This document shows positions 25,294 through 36,066 of a stretch of DNA of 64,000 bases, in pieces. The position numbers were made by a program, and so were the translations under genes. The stretch spans positions 63,471-127,470 of the forward strand of contig UQWD01000002.1 of assembly GCA_900544555.1 (NCBI GenBank), given 5' to 3'. Numbering within the stretch: position 1 is the stretch's first letter; every line of letters starts with the position of its first letter. The notes under the pieces were generated by a model. The model searched no databases and was not told where the DNA came from. It saw only the letters and a program-made list of their open reading frames with translations. This DNA comes from an uncultured Eubacteriales bacterium (lineage in GTDB: Bacteria; Bacillota; Clostridia; Christensenellales; CAG-138).

Positions 25294-26781
25294 ATGCCTA
25301 GCCGTATTGGATTTGACAATAAGCGTTATGTAAAGATGCAGTCCGAGCATATCCGCCAGCGCATTGAGCGCTTTGGCGGCAAATTGTATCTGGAGTTCGG
25401 CGGCAAGCTGTTCGACGATTATCACGCTTCCCGGGTGCTACCCGGTTTTTTGCCGGACAGCAAGGTCAAAATGCTGCTTCAGCTTAGGGATCAAGTAGAA
25501 ATCATCATTGCGATTAACGCGTCGGATATTGAAAAAAGTAAGATGCGTGGCGATCACGGCATAACCTATGATCAGGATGTGCTGCGTTTAATCGACGCAT
25601 TTCGTTCAATCGGCCTGATGGTCGGCAGCGTGGTTATCACCATGTACCGTGCCCAAGCCGCCGCCGACGCGTTTAGGGACAGGCTTACGCGGCTGGGCAT
25701 GCCCGTGTATTTGCATTACCCCATACCCGGCTATCCATCCAACATACCGCTCATCGTCAGCGACGAGGGGTATGGCAGGAATGAATATATCCCCACAACC
25801 CGGCAGCTCTCGGTTGTAACCGCCCCGGGGCCGGGCAGCGGGAAAATGGCCGTTTGCCTGTCTCAGCTTTATCATGAGTATAAAAGAGGCGTTCGGGCGG
25901 GTTACGCGAAGTTTGAGACGTTCCCCATCTGGAACCTACCGCTTTCGCACCCGGTAAACATCGCATACGAGAGCGCGACGGCGGATCTCAACGATGTGAA
26001 TATGATAGATCCTTTTCATCTGGACGCTTACGGCGTAACCGCCGTTAACTATAACCGCGACGTAGAGATATTCCCTGTTCTAAACGCGATATTTGAAAAA
26101 ATTGCGGGCGAATCGCCATACCGCTCACCCACGGATATGGGGGTAAATATGGTCGGCAACTGCCTTATCGACGACGAAGCGTGCGAACAGGCGTCCCGCC
26201 AGGAGATACTGCGGCGCTATTATCATGCGCTGTGCTGCCAGCGCCGGGGGTTGGCCTCGGAGGACGAGGTTTATAAGCTGGAGTGGCTCATGGCGCGATG
26301 CGGCGTAAGCGACGATAACCGGCCCGTCATCGCGGCCGCGCGGCATGTCGCTCAAAGCACGGGAGAACCCGCCGCCGCGCTGGAGCTTCCCGACGGGCGG
26401 ATAGTAACCGGCAAAACATCCGGCCTGCTGGGGGCGTCCGCGGCCATGCTGTTGAACGCGCTTAAAGCGCTTGGCGGCATTCATCAGGATATCCATCTGA
26501 TTTCCCCCATTGTTATCGAGCCGATTCAAAGGCTCAAAACACAGCATCTTGGTAACAAAAACCCGCGCCTTCATACGGACGAGATACTCATCGCCCTCTC
26601 AATATGCGCCGCCACAAATCCCACGGCAGAGCTGGCCATGCGGCAGCTGAACCGTTTGCGGGACGCGGAGGCGCATTCCACCGTTATGCTCTCAGCCGTG
26701 GACAGCGGCATGATGGGCAGGCTCGGGATCCGGCTTACCTGCTGCCCCAATCACCAGGCGGGAAAGCTGTTCTGCAAATAA
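25294..26781 (+). CDS. DUF1846 (UPF0371) family protein
   Basis: 495 aa. N-terminus GFDNKRYVKMQSEHIRQRIERFGGKLYLEFGGKLFDDYHASRVLPGF matches the conserved UPF0371 N-terminal block as I recall it. Confidence 0.8.
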   Translation: MPSRIGFDNKRYVKMQSEHIRQRIERFGGKLYLEFGGKLFDDYHASRVLPGFLPDSKVKMLLQLRDQVEIIIAINASDIEKSKMRGDHGITYDQDVLRLIDAFRSIGLMVGSVVITMYRAQAAADAFRDRLTRLGMPVYLHYPIPGYPSNIPLIVSDEGYGRNEYIPTTRQLSVVTAPGPGSGKMAVCLSQLYHEYKRGVRAGYAKFETFPIWNLPLSHPVNIAYESATADLNDVNMIDPFHLDAYGVTAVNYNRDVEIFPVLNAIFEKIAGESPYRSPTDMGVNMVGNCLIDDEACEQASRQEILRRYYHALCCQRRGLASEDEVYKLEWLMARCGVSDDNRPVIAAARHVAQSTGEPAAALELPDGRIVTGKTSGLLGASAAMLLNALKALGGIHQDIHLISPIVIEPIQRLKTQHLGNKNPRLHTDEILIALSICAATNPTAELAMRQLNRLRDAEAHSTVMLSAVDSGMMGRLGIRLTCCPNHQAGKLFCK

Positions 26782-26812
26782 ATCCTATCAATAATCTACG
26801 GAGGCGGCACAT

Positions 26813-27451
26813 ATGGTAATCGTAGGCATATGCGGCGCGAGCGGAAGCGGGAAAAGTACGCTGGCGCAGGAGATTAAAGATTCCCTTACATGCAGCGCCG
26901 TCATAATCGGGCAGGATTGTTATTATAAAAATCAGGCGTTCCTGCCCTTTGAGGAGCGCAAGCGTATTAATTACGACAAGCCGGATATATTTGATTACAG
27001 TGAGCTGCTTTCAGATATCGCGCTGCTCGCTTCGGGGGAGCCGGTTACGCAAAAGGGCTATGATTACGCGCAGCATATACGCGCGGATTCGGATACGCTC
27101 ATTTATCCGCCGGACGTGCTGATTCTTGAGGGAATCCATATCTTCCACGACGACCGCCTGAAAAAGGCCATGAGCCTTAAGGTGTATATGCATGTGGATG
27201 TGGACGTTTGCCTTCTAAGGCGCATACAGCGCGATATAACGCAAAGGGGCCGCAGCATAAACAGCATCGCGGACCAGTATATGGCCACGGTAAAGCCCAT
27301 GTATGAGGAATACGTGAGCAAATATATACGGGACGCGGACTTCGCAGTTATGCGCGGAGGGCGTAACCGCATGGCAATCGACGCTATCAGCGCTTACATC
27401 TCCGCAAAGCTACTTGCGGAAAAGTTCGTCATGGAGGATGGGCTTGAGTAA
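26813..27451 (+). CDS. udk: Uridine kinase
   Basis: P-loop GICGASGSGKST, plus YDKPDIFD and ILEGIH blocks. Confidence 0.9.
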   Translation: MVIVGICGASGSGKSTLAQEIKDSLTCSAVIIGQDCYYKNQAFLPFEERKRINYDKPDIFDYSELLSDIALLASGEPVTQKGYDYAQHIRADSDTLIYPPDVLILEGIHIFHDDRLKKAMSLKVYMHVDVDVCLLRRIQRDITQRGRSINSIADQYMATVKPMYEEYVSKYIRDADFAVMRGGRNRMAIDAISAYISAKLLAEKFVMEDGLE

Positions 27452-28589
27452 ATTTAAGAACCTCTGGCAGTACGCGCGCAAATACGTGCTCGCCATCATC
27501 ATTGCCATCGTTTTATACGAGGCGTTGGAGAATATCGATAACGTTCTAGCGGCGTTTAAAAAGGTAATGGGGATTTTTTCACCCCTGATTACCGGGCTGT
27601 GCATTGCTTTTGTTGTGAACATGCCGATGTCCTTTATTGAAAGGCACGCGCCAAAACGCCTTAGGGTTAAAGCATGGTCCAAGCGCCTTAGGGTCGCTTC
27701 AATGGCGGCGGCTTACCTTTTAGTTGCGGCGCTGCTGTTCCTGTTCGTTCTGATGGTTATCCCCAGCATGACGGAAAGCTTAAAAAGCCTCATCGAGAAC
27801 CTGGATACTTATGTAGAACAGGCCAGCGGATGGTTTGACGGGATTTGGCGGAATCTTCAAGTAAACGACGCCGTCACCGAGCGCCTTCAACAGCTTGGCA
27901 AGTTGATTTTTGAATGGATGGATACCGTCCTTACAGGCGTGGTGAGCGGCGCGCTCAACTTCACTATCGGCCTGGTAACGGGCGTATTCAATACGCTTAT
28001 AGCCGTGATGCTGAGCATATTCGCGCTCTATAATAAAGAAAAGCTGCTGCGGCAAACCCGCAAGATGCTTTATGCCGTGCTAAAGCCCGAGCGCGCGAAG
28101 CGTTATGAAAAAATCGCCGCACGATCAAACCTTGTATTCCACAAATACATCCTTGGGCAGTTTTTGGATTGCTTTATACTGGGGGTGCTGTGCTTTATCG
28201 GGATGAGCTTATTCTCCATGCCGTACGCGGTGCTTATAAGCGTTATCATCGGCGTAACGCAGCTGGTACCCATAGTAGGCCCCTGGATAGGGACCGTGCC
28301 TTCCGCTTTTATCATTCTTATGGTCAATCCGGTACAGGCAATTTGGTTCGTGGTGTTCATCCTCATACTTCAGCAGCTTGAGGGGAACCTGATTTACCCC
28401 AGGGTGGTTGGCAACGCAGTGGGCCTTTCCGGTTTATGGGTGCTGATAGCCATCATCGTGGGCGGAGGCTTTTTCGGGCTGGTCGGTATCCTGTTCTCCG
28501 TGCCTATTATGGCCGTTTTATACACCGTCGTTTCCGATTGGGTAAATACCCGGCTCAGGAATAAAGAGATTAAGGCCTTGAGCGAATGA
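27414..28589 (+). CDS. AI-2E family transporter (PerM/YhhT-like permease)
   Basis: About 8 TM segments. Conserved C-terminal block IPIVGPWIGTVPSAFI...LEGNLIYPRVVG. The start is uncertain (TTG 27414 or ATG 27438). Confidence 0.8.
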   Translation: MRKSSSWRMGLSKFKNLWQYARKYVLAIIIAIVLYEALENIDNVLAAFKKVMGIFSPLITGLCIAFVVNMPMSFIERHAPKRLRVKAWSKRLRVASMAAAYLLVAALLFLFVLMVIPSMTESLKSLIENLDTYVEQASGWFDGIWRNLQVNDAVTERLQQLGKLIFEWMDTVLTGVVSGALNFTIGLVTGVFNTLIAVMLSIFALYNKEKLLRQTRKMLYAVLKPERAKRYEKIAARSNLVFHKYILGQFLDCFILGVLCFIGMSLFSMPYAVLISVIIGVTQLVPIVGPWIGTVPSAFIILMVNPVQAIWFVVFILILQQLEGNLIYPRVVGNAVGLSGLWVLIAIIVGGGFFGLVGILFSVPIMAVLYTVVSDWVNTRLRNKEIKALSE

Positions 28590-28725
28590 ACGGCGCATCG
28601 CTGCCCTTTGCCGATATTCCGCCCGCCGCCGGCTCCAAACGTGACAACAATGTATTTAACCAGTTTCAGCCCTTATAGCGGCCGGACGGTACAGCTAACG
28701 TAACGCGCTTGTAAGGAGTAATTAT

Positions 28726-29292
28726 ATGGTAATGACCGAGTTGCCCGCTGTGATAGTAACGCCCAGATTGCTCCTGCGCCAATTCAATTCGGAGGATGCG
28801 CCGGGCGTTTTGGCATTCGCGGGCGATCCGGAGGCAATAAGGCACTTAATATGGCGGGGCGTTACGAATTTGGATGAAGCGCGCAACGTTATAGATTTCT
28901 ATTACCGCCCGAAGGGGGTATATGCGCTTGTATTAAGAGAAACCGGCATGTGTATCGGCAGCTTTGCGCTGAATCTGGATGCAGAGAATGAGAAAGCCAC
29001 GTTTGGCTATGTGCTTAACCGTGATTATTGGAATAAGGGGTATATGACCGAGGCGCTTAGGGCGGTTATTAGCATGTGCTTTGAGCAGCTTGCGATAAAC
29101 CGGGTTGAGTCTTCACATTTTATCGGGAATGAGGCCTCCGGAAGGGTAATGGAGAAGTGCGGTATGCGTAAGGAAGGGCTGTGTTTGCAGGAGTTCAAGG
29201 TGAAGGGCGCATTTCGGGACGCGGTGCATTACGGAATTACGCGCGGCCAATATCTTAGGCTGTTAAGCGGTGAAACCGCTAATGATGGGTAA
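28726..29292 (+). CDS. GNAT acetyltransferase (RimJ/RimL-like)
   Basis: RLLLRQFNSEDAPGV N-terminus, YWNKGYMTEALRAVI, SGRVMEKCGMRKEG. Confidence 0.85.
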   Translation: MVMTELPAVIVTPRLLLRQFNSEDAPGVLAFAGDPEAIRHLIWRGVTNLDEARNVIDFYYRPKGVYALVLRETGMCIGSFALNLDAENEKATFGYVLNRDYWNKGYMTEALRAVISMCFEQLAINRVESSHFIGNEASGRVMEKCGMRKEGLCLQEFKVKGAFRDAVHYGITRGQYLRLLSGETANDG

Positions 29293-29511
29293 AGGCGCGC
29301 TGCACCGCCAATCGTCAGGCCAGGTTCTATTTCCTACCCTCAAGCAGGCTTTGGCCGCAACGATAGGAATTGGCCGCGCGTAGTCAGGTTAATTGCTCTA
29401 AAGTTCTTTACTTGTTAATAGCGGGAACCGGGAAATATGGACTGCTTCGACACGGAAGAACAGTTAGGTTCAAACCCATAAACGATGAAAAATGATATGA
29501 GGAGGTGTCAT

Positions 29512-29724
29512 ATGAAATACAAATGCCCAATATGTGAGGCCGAGCTGAAAGAATGCGAATCCTGCGGTTCAGGAATCGGCGCCTTCGCGACCAAGAAAAA
29601 CGCGCTGAATATGAGTATTTTGGGCCGGAACATCACGATTGGCAATACCAATCATGCCGAACTGGAGTCGGCGCACGTTTGCGAAAACTGCGGGCGTTAT
29701 TTTGAGTTTTTCAAGATAAAGTAG
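29512..29724 (+). CDS. Small zinc-ribbon protein (70 aa)
   Basis: ORF 29485..29724. ATG 29512 is preferred (GAGGAGG RBS). CPIC...CESC...CENC cysteine pairs. Confidence 0.55.
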   Translation: MKYKCPICEAELKECESCGSGIGAFATKKNALNMSILGRNITIGNTNHAELESAHVCENCGRYFEFFKIK

Positions 29725-29931
29725 CTTAATTTATGTGCTAAAACCAGGTTGTTTTATCCCCATGCCCGCGCGTTGCGTTACGGTATAATCATGGGTTATT
29801 ATACCGTGCCGGGCGGCGAAACGAATAAATGCGGCGGTCTTATGAGCGTGTGCTGCCGATGAATTTCTATATCGATAGCACATGCCCCGCGAGAGCGTAT
29901 AAAACTCATGTAGGGTGTATGCGTATTATCC

Positions 29932-29960
29932 TTGACATAATGTATCTGTTCGCGTATGTT
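29932..29960 (+). promoter_or_regulatory. Sigma-A type promoter (TTGACA-17-TATGTT)
   Basis: TTGACATAATGTATCTGTTCGCGTATGTT, 28 nt upstream of ATG 29988. Confidence 0.5.
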
Positions 29961-29987
29961 TATCATTAAAAACAGGAGTAAACAAAC

Positions 29988-30869
29988 ATGTTTCGTACGA
30001 AGAACGGAAAACTCTCAGCGATTAAGCTCATATCATTCATATTCATCGTCATAATCGCCTTGAGCGTTGTATTTGGGAGCTTTACAGTAATACCCGCAGG
30101 CCACACCGGCGTTGTGGTTACGCTAGGCAAGGTCAGCGATACCGTGCTTCAGGAGGGCATGCATTTTAAAATACCGTTTGTACAGCAAATTGTCCAAATC
30201 GATAATAGGGTTGTGAAGCTTGAGGTATCCACGGAGGCGTTCAGCCGGGATTTGCAGACTGTTTCCACCGTGCTTGCGGTCAACTACCGCATCAGCACAA
30301 GCCAGAGCTATTCCATCTACAAAAACGTTGGCCCGGGCTTTGAGGATGTGCTCGTACGCCCCGCCGTGAACGAGGTGCTAAAAGCCGTAGTCGCCCAGTA
30401 TACCGCCAGCGAACTTGTTTCCACAAGAAGCGAGGTCAGTATTAAGCTGGATGAGGATCTCAACGGCAAGCTAAACCCGAACGGTATATTTGTAGAGGAT
30501 ATTAACATTATTGATTGGGATTTCTCCGAGGAATATATCGCTGCAATCGAGCAGAAGCAGGTTGCGGAGCAGAACCTGATAAAAACGCGTACGGAGCAGG
30601 AGCAGCAGGTAGTAATCGCTGAAGCGGGAGCGAAACAAAAGGTTATCGCGGCCGAGGCGGAGGCGGAGAGCGCGCTGATAGCGGCGGAAGCGGAAGCGCA
30701 GCGTATAACGCTGGAGGCGCAGGCGCAGGCGGATGCGAACAGGCTGCTCTCCGAATCGCTTACCGCGCTATTGATTGAATATCAGTCGATTCAGCGTTGG
30801 GATGGAAAGCTTCCGTTGATTACGGGCGGCGCGACCCCGTTTGTGGATTTGAACAATCTACCAGAGTAG
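29988..30869 (+). CDS. SPFH/band-7 (prohibitin-like) membrane protein
   Basis: N-terminal TM, then the GHTGVVVTLGKV...GMHFKIPFVQ SPFH core, then a C-terminal Ala/Glu-rich coiled coil. Confidence 0.88.
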   Translation: MFRTKNGKLSAIKLISFIFIVIIALSVVFGSFTVIPAGHTGVVVTLGKVSDTVLQEGMHFKIPFVQQIVQIDNRVVKLEVSTEAFSRDLQTVSTVLAVNYRISTSQSYSIYKNVGPGFEDVLVRPAVNEVLKAVVAQYTASELVSTRSEVSIKLDEDLNGKLNPNGIFVEDINIIDWDFSEEYIAAIEQKQVAEQNLIKTRTEQEQQVVIAEAGAKQKVIAAEAEAESALIAAEAEAQRITLEAQAQADANRLLSESLTALLIEYQSIQRWDGKLPLITGGATPFVDLNNLPE

Positions 30870-30933
30870 TATACTGTATGAGAACATTGTTTCTGGAATA
30901 GTTTAATTCATACACAAGCTGATATGAATATAA

Positions 30934-30976
30934 GGCCGCAGTCCCTTGAGAATCGGACTGCGGCCGTTTTTGTTTT
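30934..30976 (+). terminator. Rho-independent terminator
   Basis: GGCCGCAGTCC / GGACTGCGGCC 11-bp stem followed by GTTTTTGTTTT. Confidence 0.85.
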
Positions 30977-31148
30977 CAGAGTATTTAACGCGGGTTTTAG
31001 TTCGAGTATCCGCCTGAAGAAGGTGAAGTTTAATTTGTGGAATGATTGGGTCCCTTTTGCTCACTGTGATTATAACAACCCATGCAAGCTCGGGCAAATC
31101 CGCATCCCTCCCGCATTATATGAGTCTTACAAATTCTGGTGAAACTCA

Positions 31149-32006
31149 TCATTTTTTCTTTACCGGGATCCAGATCTCACTGTGATAGCTTTCATCTTCA
31201 GTCCCTTTAGCAAAATCGCTGGGGTTTGAATACATTTCAATATTATAGCCGCCCGCTATCTCATAATCCCTGCAATTGGGCAGCCATTCGGAAAAGATTT
31301 TTTTATTCACATCCTGCATCGCGCCGGGCAATGCGCCTTTGCAGAGGAATACGGCCCAGGTATGCTTGGGAATGGTAACCGCCTTAAACCCTTCCGGCAC
31401 GTCGTTCCATGGTATATAGTTGTCCGCTATCAGGTACTCAAAGTCCTTGGAATTATCATCCCCCTCAATACAAATGCCGTATGTTCCGCATACGGTTTTA
31501 GACTTTTCCGTTTGGTAATGCTCGCGCCAAAACTTTGGAATATCCGAGAACGCGCTGTCCATATTAAACCTTTTGGCAACGCCCACTACGGTAAACGCCT
31601 CTTTTTCAACAATTTTGTAATTCATAATCGATCCGCCTTTCAAAGTAAAATGGATTTGAATCGGCGCAAACGATTTTATCATCGCGCCGTTTTTTCTTAC
31701 GGACGCGGGGGTTACGCCATGAAAGCGGGTAAACGCTTTTGTAAAGCTGTCGGGAGATTCATACCGGTATCTTACGGCGATATCAATAATTCTGGCATCG
31801 GTCGATACCAACTCGCTCCCGGCAAGCGTCAGCCTGCGGCGGCGTATGTACTCGCCCACAGTGAACCCACAGAGCATACTGAACGCCTTTTGAAAGTAAA
31901 AGCTTGACACTAAAGCTTGGCTTGCCGCTTCATCAGCACCGATATCATTCGTTAGATTATCTTCGATATAGCGTATAGCTTTGCTCATCCCATCTACCCA
32001 ATTCAT
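31149..32006 (-). CDS. AraC-family transcriptional regulator with GyrI-like effector-binding domain
   Basis: AraC HTH (FYFQKAFSMLCGFTVGEYIRRRRL ... YESPDSFTKAFTRFHGVTP). The C-terminal half looks GyrI/SOUL-like. Confidence 0.85.
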   Translation of the reverse strand: MNWVDGMSKAIRYIEDNLTNDIGADEAASQALVSSFYFQKAFSMLCGFTVGEYIRRRRLTLAGSELVSTDARIIDIAVRYRYESPDSFTKAFTRFHGVTPASVRKNGAMIKSFAPIQIHFTLKGGSIMNYKIVEKEAFTVVGVAKRFNMDSAFSDIPKFWREHYQTEKSKTVCGTYGICIEGDDNSKDFEYLIADNYIPWNDVPEGFKAVTIPKHTWAVFLCKGALPGAMQDVNKKIFSEWLPNCRDYEIAGGYNIEMYSNPSDFAKGTEDESYHSEIWIPVKKK

Positions 32007-32267
32007 TCCGTACCTCCTGCCGTATTAATAGCATATCAAATTCTAGTCGGCCGTACCCGATTAACTTTGCTTAATTTTGTCTGAGAGAAAATATTCCATC
32101 AATATACCTATTCTAGCACATATACTTCGCTGTCATGCGACTTTCTCCAATTAAACGTCATTGCTGTTTTGGATGTTACCTATTTATCTGTTAATTTCAT
32201 GCATACATCGACCCAAATATCGTTCGCAGCCCGTAAACGGGTATGCTTACCTATCCAATGAATAACA

Positions 32268-32296
32268 CAGCGGCATAGCCGTTGGCTATGCCGCTG
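32268..32296 (-). terminator. Terminator of the ribosomal alpha operon (after rplQ)
   Basis: CAGCGGCATAGCC / GGCTATGCCGCTG 13-bp stem. The minus strand is followed by TGTTATTCATT. Confidence 0.7.
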
Positions 32297-32347
32297 TCAT
32301 ATAAAGCCTTTCCTTCCTTAATAAAGAGGCCGTTATATCAACCAAAA

Positions 32348-32839
32348 CTAAACCAGCTCGATAAGGGCCATCTCGGACGCGTCGCCCCGGCGCGGCCCCA
32401 TCTTTACGATGCGCGTATAGCCGCCGACCCGCCCTTCACATTTGGGCGCTATTTCACGGAACAGCTTTTCCACAACAGGATGATTGTTCGCGCGGGTGCG
32501 TTCATGGTATTCCTTCTTGCTTTCCTTATGCTTTTTGGGCTCAGGAACATCGTATAGATACGACATTATCTGCCTTCTCGCATGAAGCTTGGAAGGCGCG
32601 TCGTTAATGAATTCAGCCTCAACGACCTGATTCTTGTCATTCTTGGTCTTTTTGGTTACGGTTACGGTGTTGTTATATTCAGCAACGGCAAGGGTAATCA
32701 GTTTTTCAGCTATCGGGCGCACTTCCTTGGCGCGCGCTTCCGTCGTGACAATCCTGCCGTTCCAGATAAGCGCGGTGGTCAGGTTACGCAGTATCGCCCT
32801 GCGCTGATCGCCGGCCCTGCCCAGTTTACGGTTTGGCAT
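32348..32839 (-). CDS. rplQ: 50S ribosomal protein L17 (long form with insertions)
   Basis: [20 protein letters not shown]...[25 protein letters not shown]. Confidence 0.95.
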   Translation of the reverse strand: MPNRKLGRAGDQRRAILRNLTTALIWNGRIVTTEARAKEVRPIAEKLITLAVAEYNNTVTVTKKTKNDKNQVVEAEFINDAPSKLHARRQIMSYLYDVPEPKKHKESKKEYHERTRANNHPVVEKLFREIAPKCEGRVGGYTRIVKMGPRRGDASEMALIELV

Positions 32840-32857
32840 CTGCTTTTCCTCCTCCTG

Positions 32858-33799
32858 TTAGTCTTCGCTGTCTCGCAAGTTAAGGCCCAGCGCGGCCAGT
32901 TTCTGCTGCACTTCCTCAAGGGATTTGCGGCCAAGGTTACGAACCTTCATCATCTCTTCCTCATTTTTTTGCACAAGCTCATCAACCGTGTTGATGCCCG
33001 CGCGCTTGAGGCAATTGTAGGATCGAACGGAGAGATCGAGCTCTTCAATGGTCATCTCCAGGATCTTCTCCTTTTTATCCTCTTCCTTCTCCACCATAAT
33101 CTCTACGCCCTGAACGTGCTCAGTCAAGTTGATGAACAGCGATAGGTGCTCCGTAAGGATTTTGGAAGCAAGGCTTACCGCCTCGTCGGGTTTAATGCTT
33201 CCGGTGGTCCAAACCTCCAAGGTTAGCATGTCATAGTCGGTTATCTGTCCAACACGTGTATTATCTACGTGGAAATTAACCTTAGTGATCGGGGTAAAGA
33301 TGGAATCGACCGCTATCTGACCGATGGGCATGCCTGGCTTTTTGTTCCTTTCAGCGGAAACATAGCCTCGGCCATGATCCAGCATTATTTCCATATAAAG
33401 CTTAGCGTTCTCACCAAGCGTTGCGATATGTAAATCTGGATTTACAATTTCTACGTCCGCATCGGCAATGATGTCCCGGGCCGTAACCTCGCAGGGGCCT
33501 TTAGCGTCAACCGTAATTTTTTTCGCGCCGTCGCTGTGAAGCCTGCAGCAAAGCTCTTTAAGGTTCAGGATGATTTCGGTCACATCCTCCTTAACGCCCT
33601 CGATAGTGGAAAACTCGTGCAGTACGCCGTCAATTTTAATGGAGGTTACCGCAACGCCCGGCAGCGATGAGAGCAGCACCCGCCTGAGCGAATTTCCCAG
33701 CGTGGTGCCAAATCCGCGCTCCAGCGGTTCAACCACAAACTTTCCGTAGTTGTCCGTTGTTTCCACACGTTCGATTCTGGGTCTTTCAATCTCTATCAT
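32858..33799 (-). CDS. rpoA: DNA-directed RNA polymerase subunit alpha
   Basis: 313 aa. [18 protein letters not shown], and a C-terminal domain with [16 protein letters not shown]. Confidence 0.97.
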   Translation of the reverse strand: MIEIERPRIERVETTDNYGKFVVEPLERGFGTTLGNSLRRVLLSSLPGVAVTSIKIDGVLHEFSTIEGVKEDVTEIILNLKELCCRLHSDGAKKITVDAKGPCEVTARDIIADADVEIVNPDLHIATLGENAKLYMEIMLDHGRGYVSAERNKKPGMPIGQIAVDSIFTPITKVNFHVDNTRVGQITDYDMLTLEVWTTGSIKPDEAVSLASKILTEHLSLFINLTEHVQGVEIMVEKEEDKKEKILEMTIEELDLSVRSYNCLKRAGINTVDELVQKNEEEMMKVRNLGRKSLEEVQQKLAALGLNLRDSED

Positions 33800-33851
33800 T
33801 TACGTTCCCCTCTCTTGATTTATCGAAGGTCGATCAGGGCCTAAGAAGCGA

Positions 33852-34481
33852 TTACCTTGAGTAGTACTCGACGATAAGATGCTCCTCGATGGTAAGGTCA
33901 ATATCGTCGCGCTGCGGCATGGCAGCGATTTTACCCGTAAGGTTTTCGGTATCAAGCTCCAGCCACTTGGGAACGGGCTTGTTTACACCCTGCTCGCGCA
34001 GTTCTTTGAAGTTGGGCATATCCCGGCTCGTATCGCGTATGCTTACGACCTGACCCGGCTTAACAAGGTAGGATGCGATATCCACCTTTTGGCCGTCGAC
34101 CCGTATATGTCCGTGGTTTACAATCTGCCGCGCCATGGGGCGGCTCAGGCCGAAGCCCAAGCGGTATACGACGTTATCAAGCCTGCGCTCCAAAAGGCAG
34201 AGCATGTTCTCGCCGGTGACTCCACGCATATTCGCGGCCATTGTATAGTATTTCCTGAATTGGGATTCTGATACTCCGTAAGCCCTGCGGCATTTCTGCT
34301 TTTCTCGTAGCTGCATGCCGTAATCGGACTGCTTCCTGGCGCGCGCCTGGCCATGCTGCCCCGGGGGGGTATGGCGCTTGGTTACGGCGCACTTGGCGGT
34401 ATAGCAGCGATCCCCCTTAAGGAACAGCTTAACGCCCTCCCTACGGCACTGCCTGCAAACGGAATCTGTATATCTAGCCAT
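33852..34481 (-). CDS. rpsD: 30S ribosomal protein S4
   Basis: [26 protein letters not shown]... plus an S4 RNA-binding domain. Confidence 0.97.
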   Translation of the reverse strand: MARYTDSVCRQCRREGVKLFLKGDRCYTAKCAVTKRHTPPGQHGQARARKQSDYGMQLREKQKCRRAYGVSESQFRKYYTMAANMRGVTGENMLCLLERRLDNVVYRLGFGLSRPMARQIVNHGHIRVDGQKVDIASYLVKPGQVVSIRDTSRDMPNFKELREQGVNKPVPKWLELDTENLTGKIAAMPQRDDIDLTIEEHLIVEYYSR

Positions 34482-34495
34482 AATCGTTTGCCTCC

Positions 34496-34897
34496 TTACA
34501 CTCTTCTGCGTTTAGGCGGACGGCATCCATTATGCGGGATGGGCGTCACGTCCTTTATCATGTTAACCTCAAGCCCGGCGGCCTGAAGCGCGCGGATAGC
34601 GGCCTCGCGGCCGGAGCCCGGCCCTTTGACGTAAACCTCAACGGTACGCAGCCCATGCTCCATAGCGGATTTCGCCGCGGTTTCGGCAGCCATCTGGGCC
34701 GCGAAAGGCGTGCTTTTCCTGGAGCCGCGGAACCCAAGCCCTCCGGCGGACGCCCAGGACAGCGCGTTGCCCTGCAGATCCGTAATAGTCACCATGGTAT
34801 TGTTGAAGGATGAGCGGATGTGCGCCGCGCCGCGTTCAATATTTTTTTTCTCACGGCGTTTACGAACGGTTTTCTTTGTAGTTCTAGCCTTTGCCAT
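34496..34897 (-). CDS. rpsK: 30S ribosomal protein S11
   Basis: [18 protein letters not shown]...[18 protein letters not shown]. Confidence 0.97.
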   Translation of the reverse strand: MAKARTTKKTVRKRREKKNIERGAAHIRSSFNNTMVTITDLQGNALSWASAGGLGFRGSRKSTPFAAQMAAETAAKSAMEHGLRTVEVYVKGPGSGREAAIRALQAAGLEVNMIKDVTPIPHNGCRPPKRRRV

Positions 34898-34912
34898 TTG
34901 TGCTTATCCTCC

Positions 34913-35281
34913 TTACTTCTTTCTTCCGCCGACGGAACGCTTGGGGCCTTTGCGCGTGCGCGCGTTCTGCTTAGTGCTCTGTCCGCGTACGGGCAGGCCC
35001 TTGCGGTGGCGAACGCCCCTGTAACTGCCTATTTCAATAAGCCGCTTGATGTTCATGGAAACTTCGCGCCTGAGATCGCCTTCCACCTTAACGTTGCGGT
35101 CTATGTACTCTCTCAGTTTGTTGACGTCTGCTTCCGAAAGATCCCGAACCCGGATATCCGGATTTACTCCGGTAGCGGTCAGGATGTTCGTCGCGGTCTT
35201 ACGGCCGATACCGTAGATATATGTAAGACCGATTTCGACCCGTTTATCCCTGGGCAGGTCCACGCCAGAAATACGTGCCAT
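34913..35281 (-). CDS. rpsM: 30S ribosomal protein S13
   Basis: [26 protein letters not shown]... Confidence 0.97.
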   Translation of the reverse strand: MARISGVDLPRDKRVEIGLTYIYGIGRKTATNILTATGVNPDIRVRDLSEADVNKLREYIDRNVKVEGDLRREVSMNIKRLIEIGSYRGVRHRKGLPVRGQSTKQNARTRKGPKRSVGGRKK

Positions 35282-35399
35282 ATAATTTCTGCACCTCCGT
35301 AAATAATGGTAAAATGTATTATTGATCCCGCCGGTTCCGCGCTTTTATGGCGGCAGCCGCTCCGGCAGGGTGCTTCCGTTTCCCCTTTTGGCGCGGGGC

Positions 35400-35513
35400 T
35401 TAGCCCTGCTTCTGCTTATGCTTGGGGTTTTCGCAAATAATCATGATCCGGCCCTTGCGCTTAATGATCTTGCATTTCTCGCAAATTGGCTTCACTGAAG
35501 GCCTGATTTTCAT
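35400..35513 (-). CDS. rpmJ: 50S ribosomal protein L36
   Basis: Below the ORF-track size cut-off. My translation: [49 protein letters not shown]. Confidence 0.93.
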   Translation of the reverse strand: MKIRPSVKPICEKCKIIKRKGRIMIICENPKHKQKQG

Positions 35514-35534
35514 CGCAATTTCCTCCTGTTGTTG

Positions 35535-35756
35535 TCAGTTCTTGCCGCGCCATGTAATGCGGCCGCGTGTTAAGTCATAGGGGGACAGCTCCACTGTCAC
35601 CTTATCTCCCGGCAGAATACGGATAAAATTCATCCGCAGCTTGCCGGAAATATGTGCAAGTATCTTATGCCCGTTCTCCAACTGCACTTCAAACATGGCA
35701 TTTGGAAACGAATCGGATACAATGCCTTCCACCTCAATTACATCCTGTTTAGACAA
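35535..35756 (-). CDS. infA: Translation initiation factor IF-1
   Basis: ORF 35535..35789. I prefer TTG 35756 (AAGGAGGG 5 nt upstream), giving (M)[12 protein letters not shown]...RITWRGKN. Confidence 0.93.
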   Translation of the reverse strand: MSKQDVIEVEGIVSDSFPNAMFEVQLENGHKILAHISGKLRMNFIRILPGDKVTVELSPYDLTRGRITWRGKN

Positions 35757-35757
35757 G

Positions 35758-36054
35758 CTATCCCTCCTTAGTTTCAGGTTCCTGATCATATCCCAGCTTC
35801 CTCAGGCTTTTTCGGATATCCGCATCCAGCACCCGTTCGCCTCTCAGAAGCGCTTCCTTAATCCGCTCGTCAAACGCGTTCTCAATGCGGATATGCTTAC
35901 GCTTTTTTTTCTTAGGCCGTTCAATCTTTCTCAGTTTCCCATCGGCGACTGCCAGATGTTCGGCGTCGATTGCCGCAACGGCCATAAAGCTCCGCCCCGC
36001 GTCTCTTCCCGCGAGTGAAACAACCACGCGGCCAATGATTTCATCGCCCTGCAT
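35758..36054 (-). CDS. KOW-domain RNA-binding protein (Clostridia-type gene between map and infA)
   Basis: 98 aa. [23 protein letters not shown]-like motif, followed by a KKKKRK basic tract. Confidence 0.75.
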   Translation of the reverse strand: MQGDEIIGRVVVSLAGRDAGRSFMAVAAIDAEHLAVADGKLRKIERPKKKKRKHIRIENAFDERIKEALLRGERVLDADIRKSLRKLGYDQEPETKEG

Positions 36055-36066
36055 TCAGGCGCCTCC

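Noticed and set aside
29423-29451. GGGAAC-N19-CGAC upstream of the zinc-ribbon gene, considered as a second target of the window's ECF sigma.
   Set aside because: The spacing is 19 nt rather than 17, and the -10 is CGAC rather than CGTC. That is too weak to claim regulon membership.
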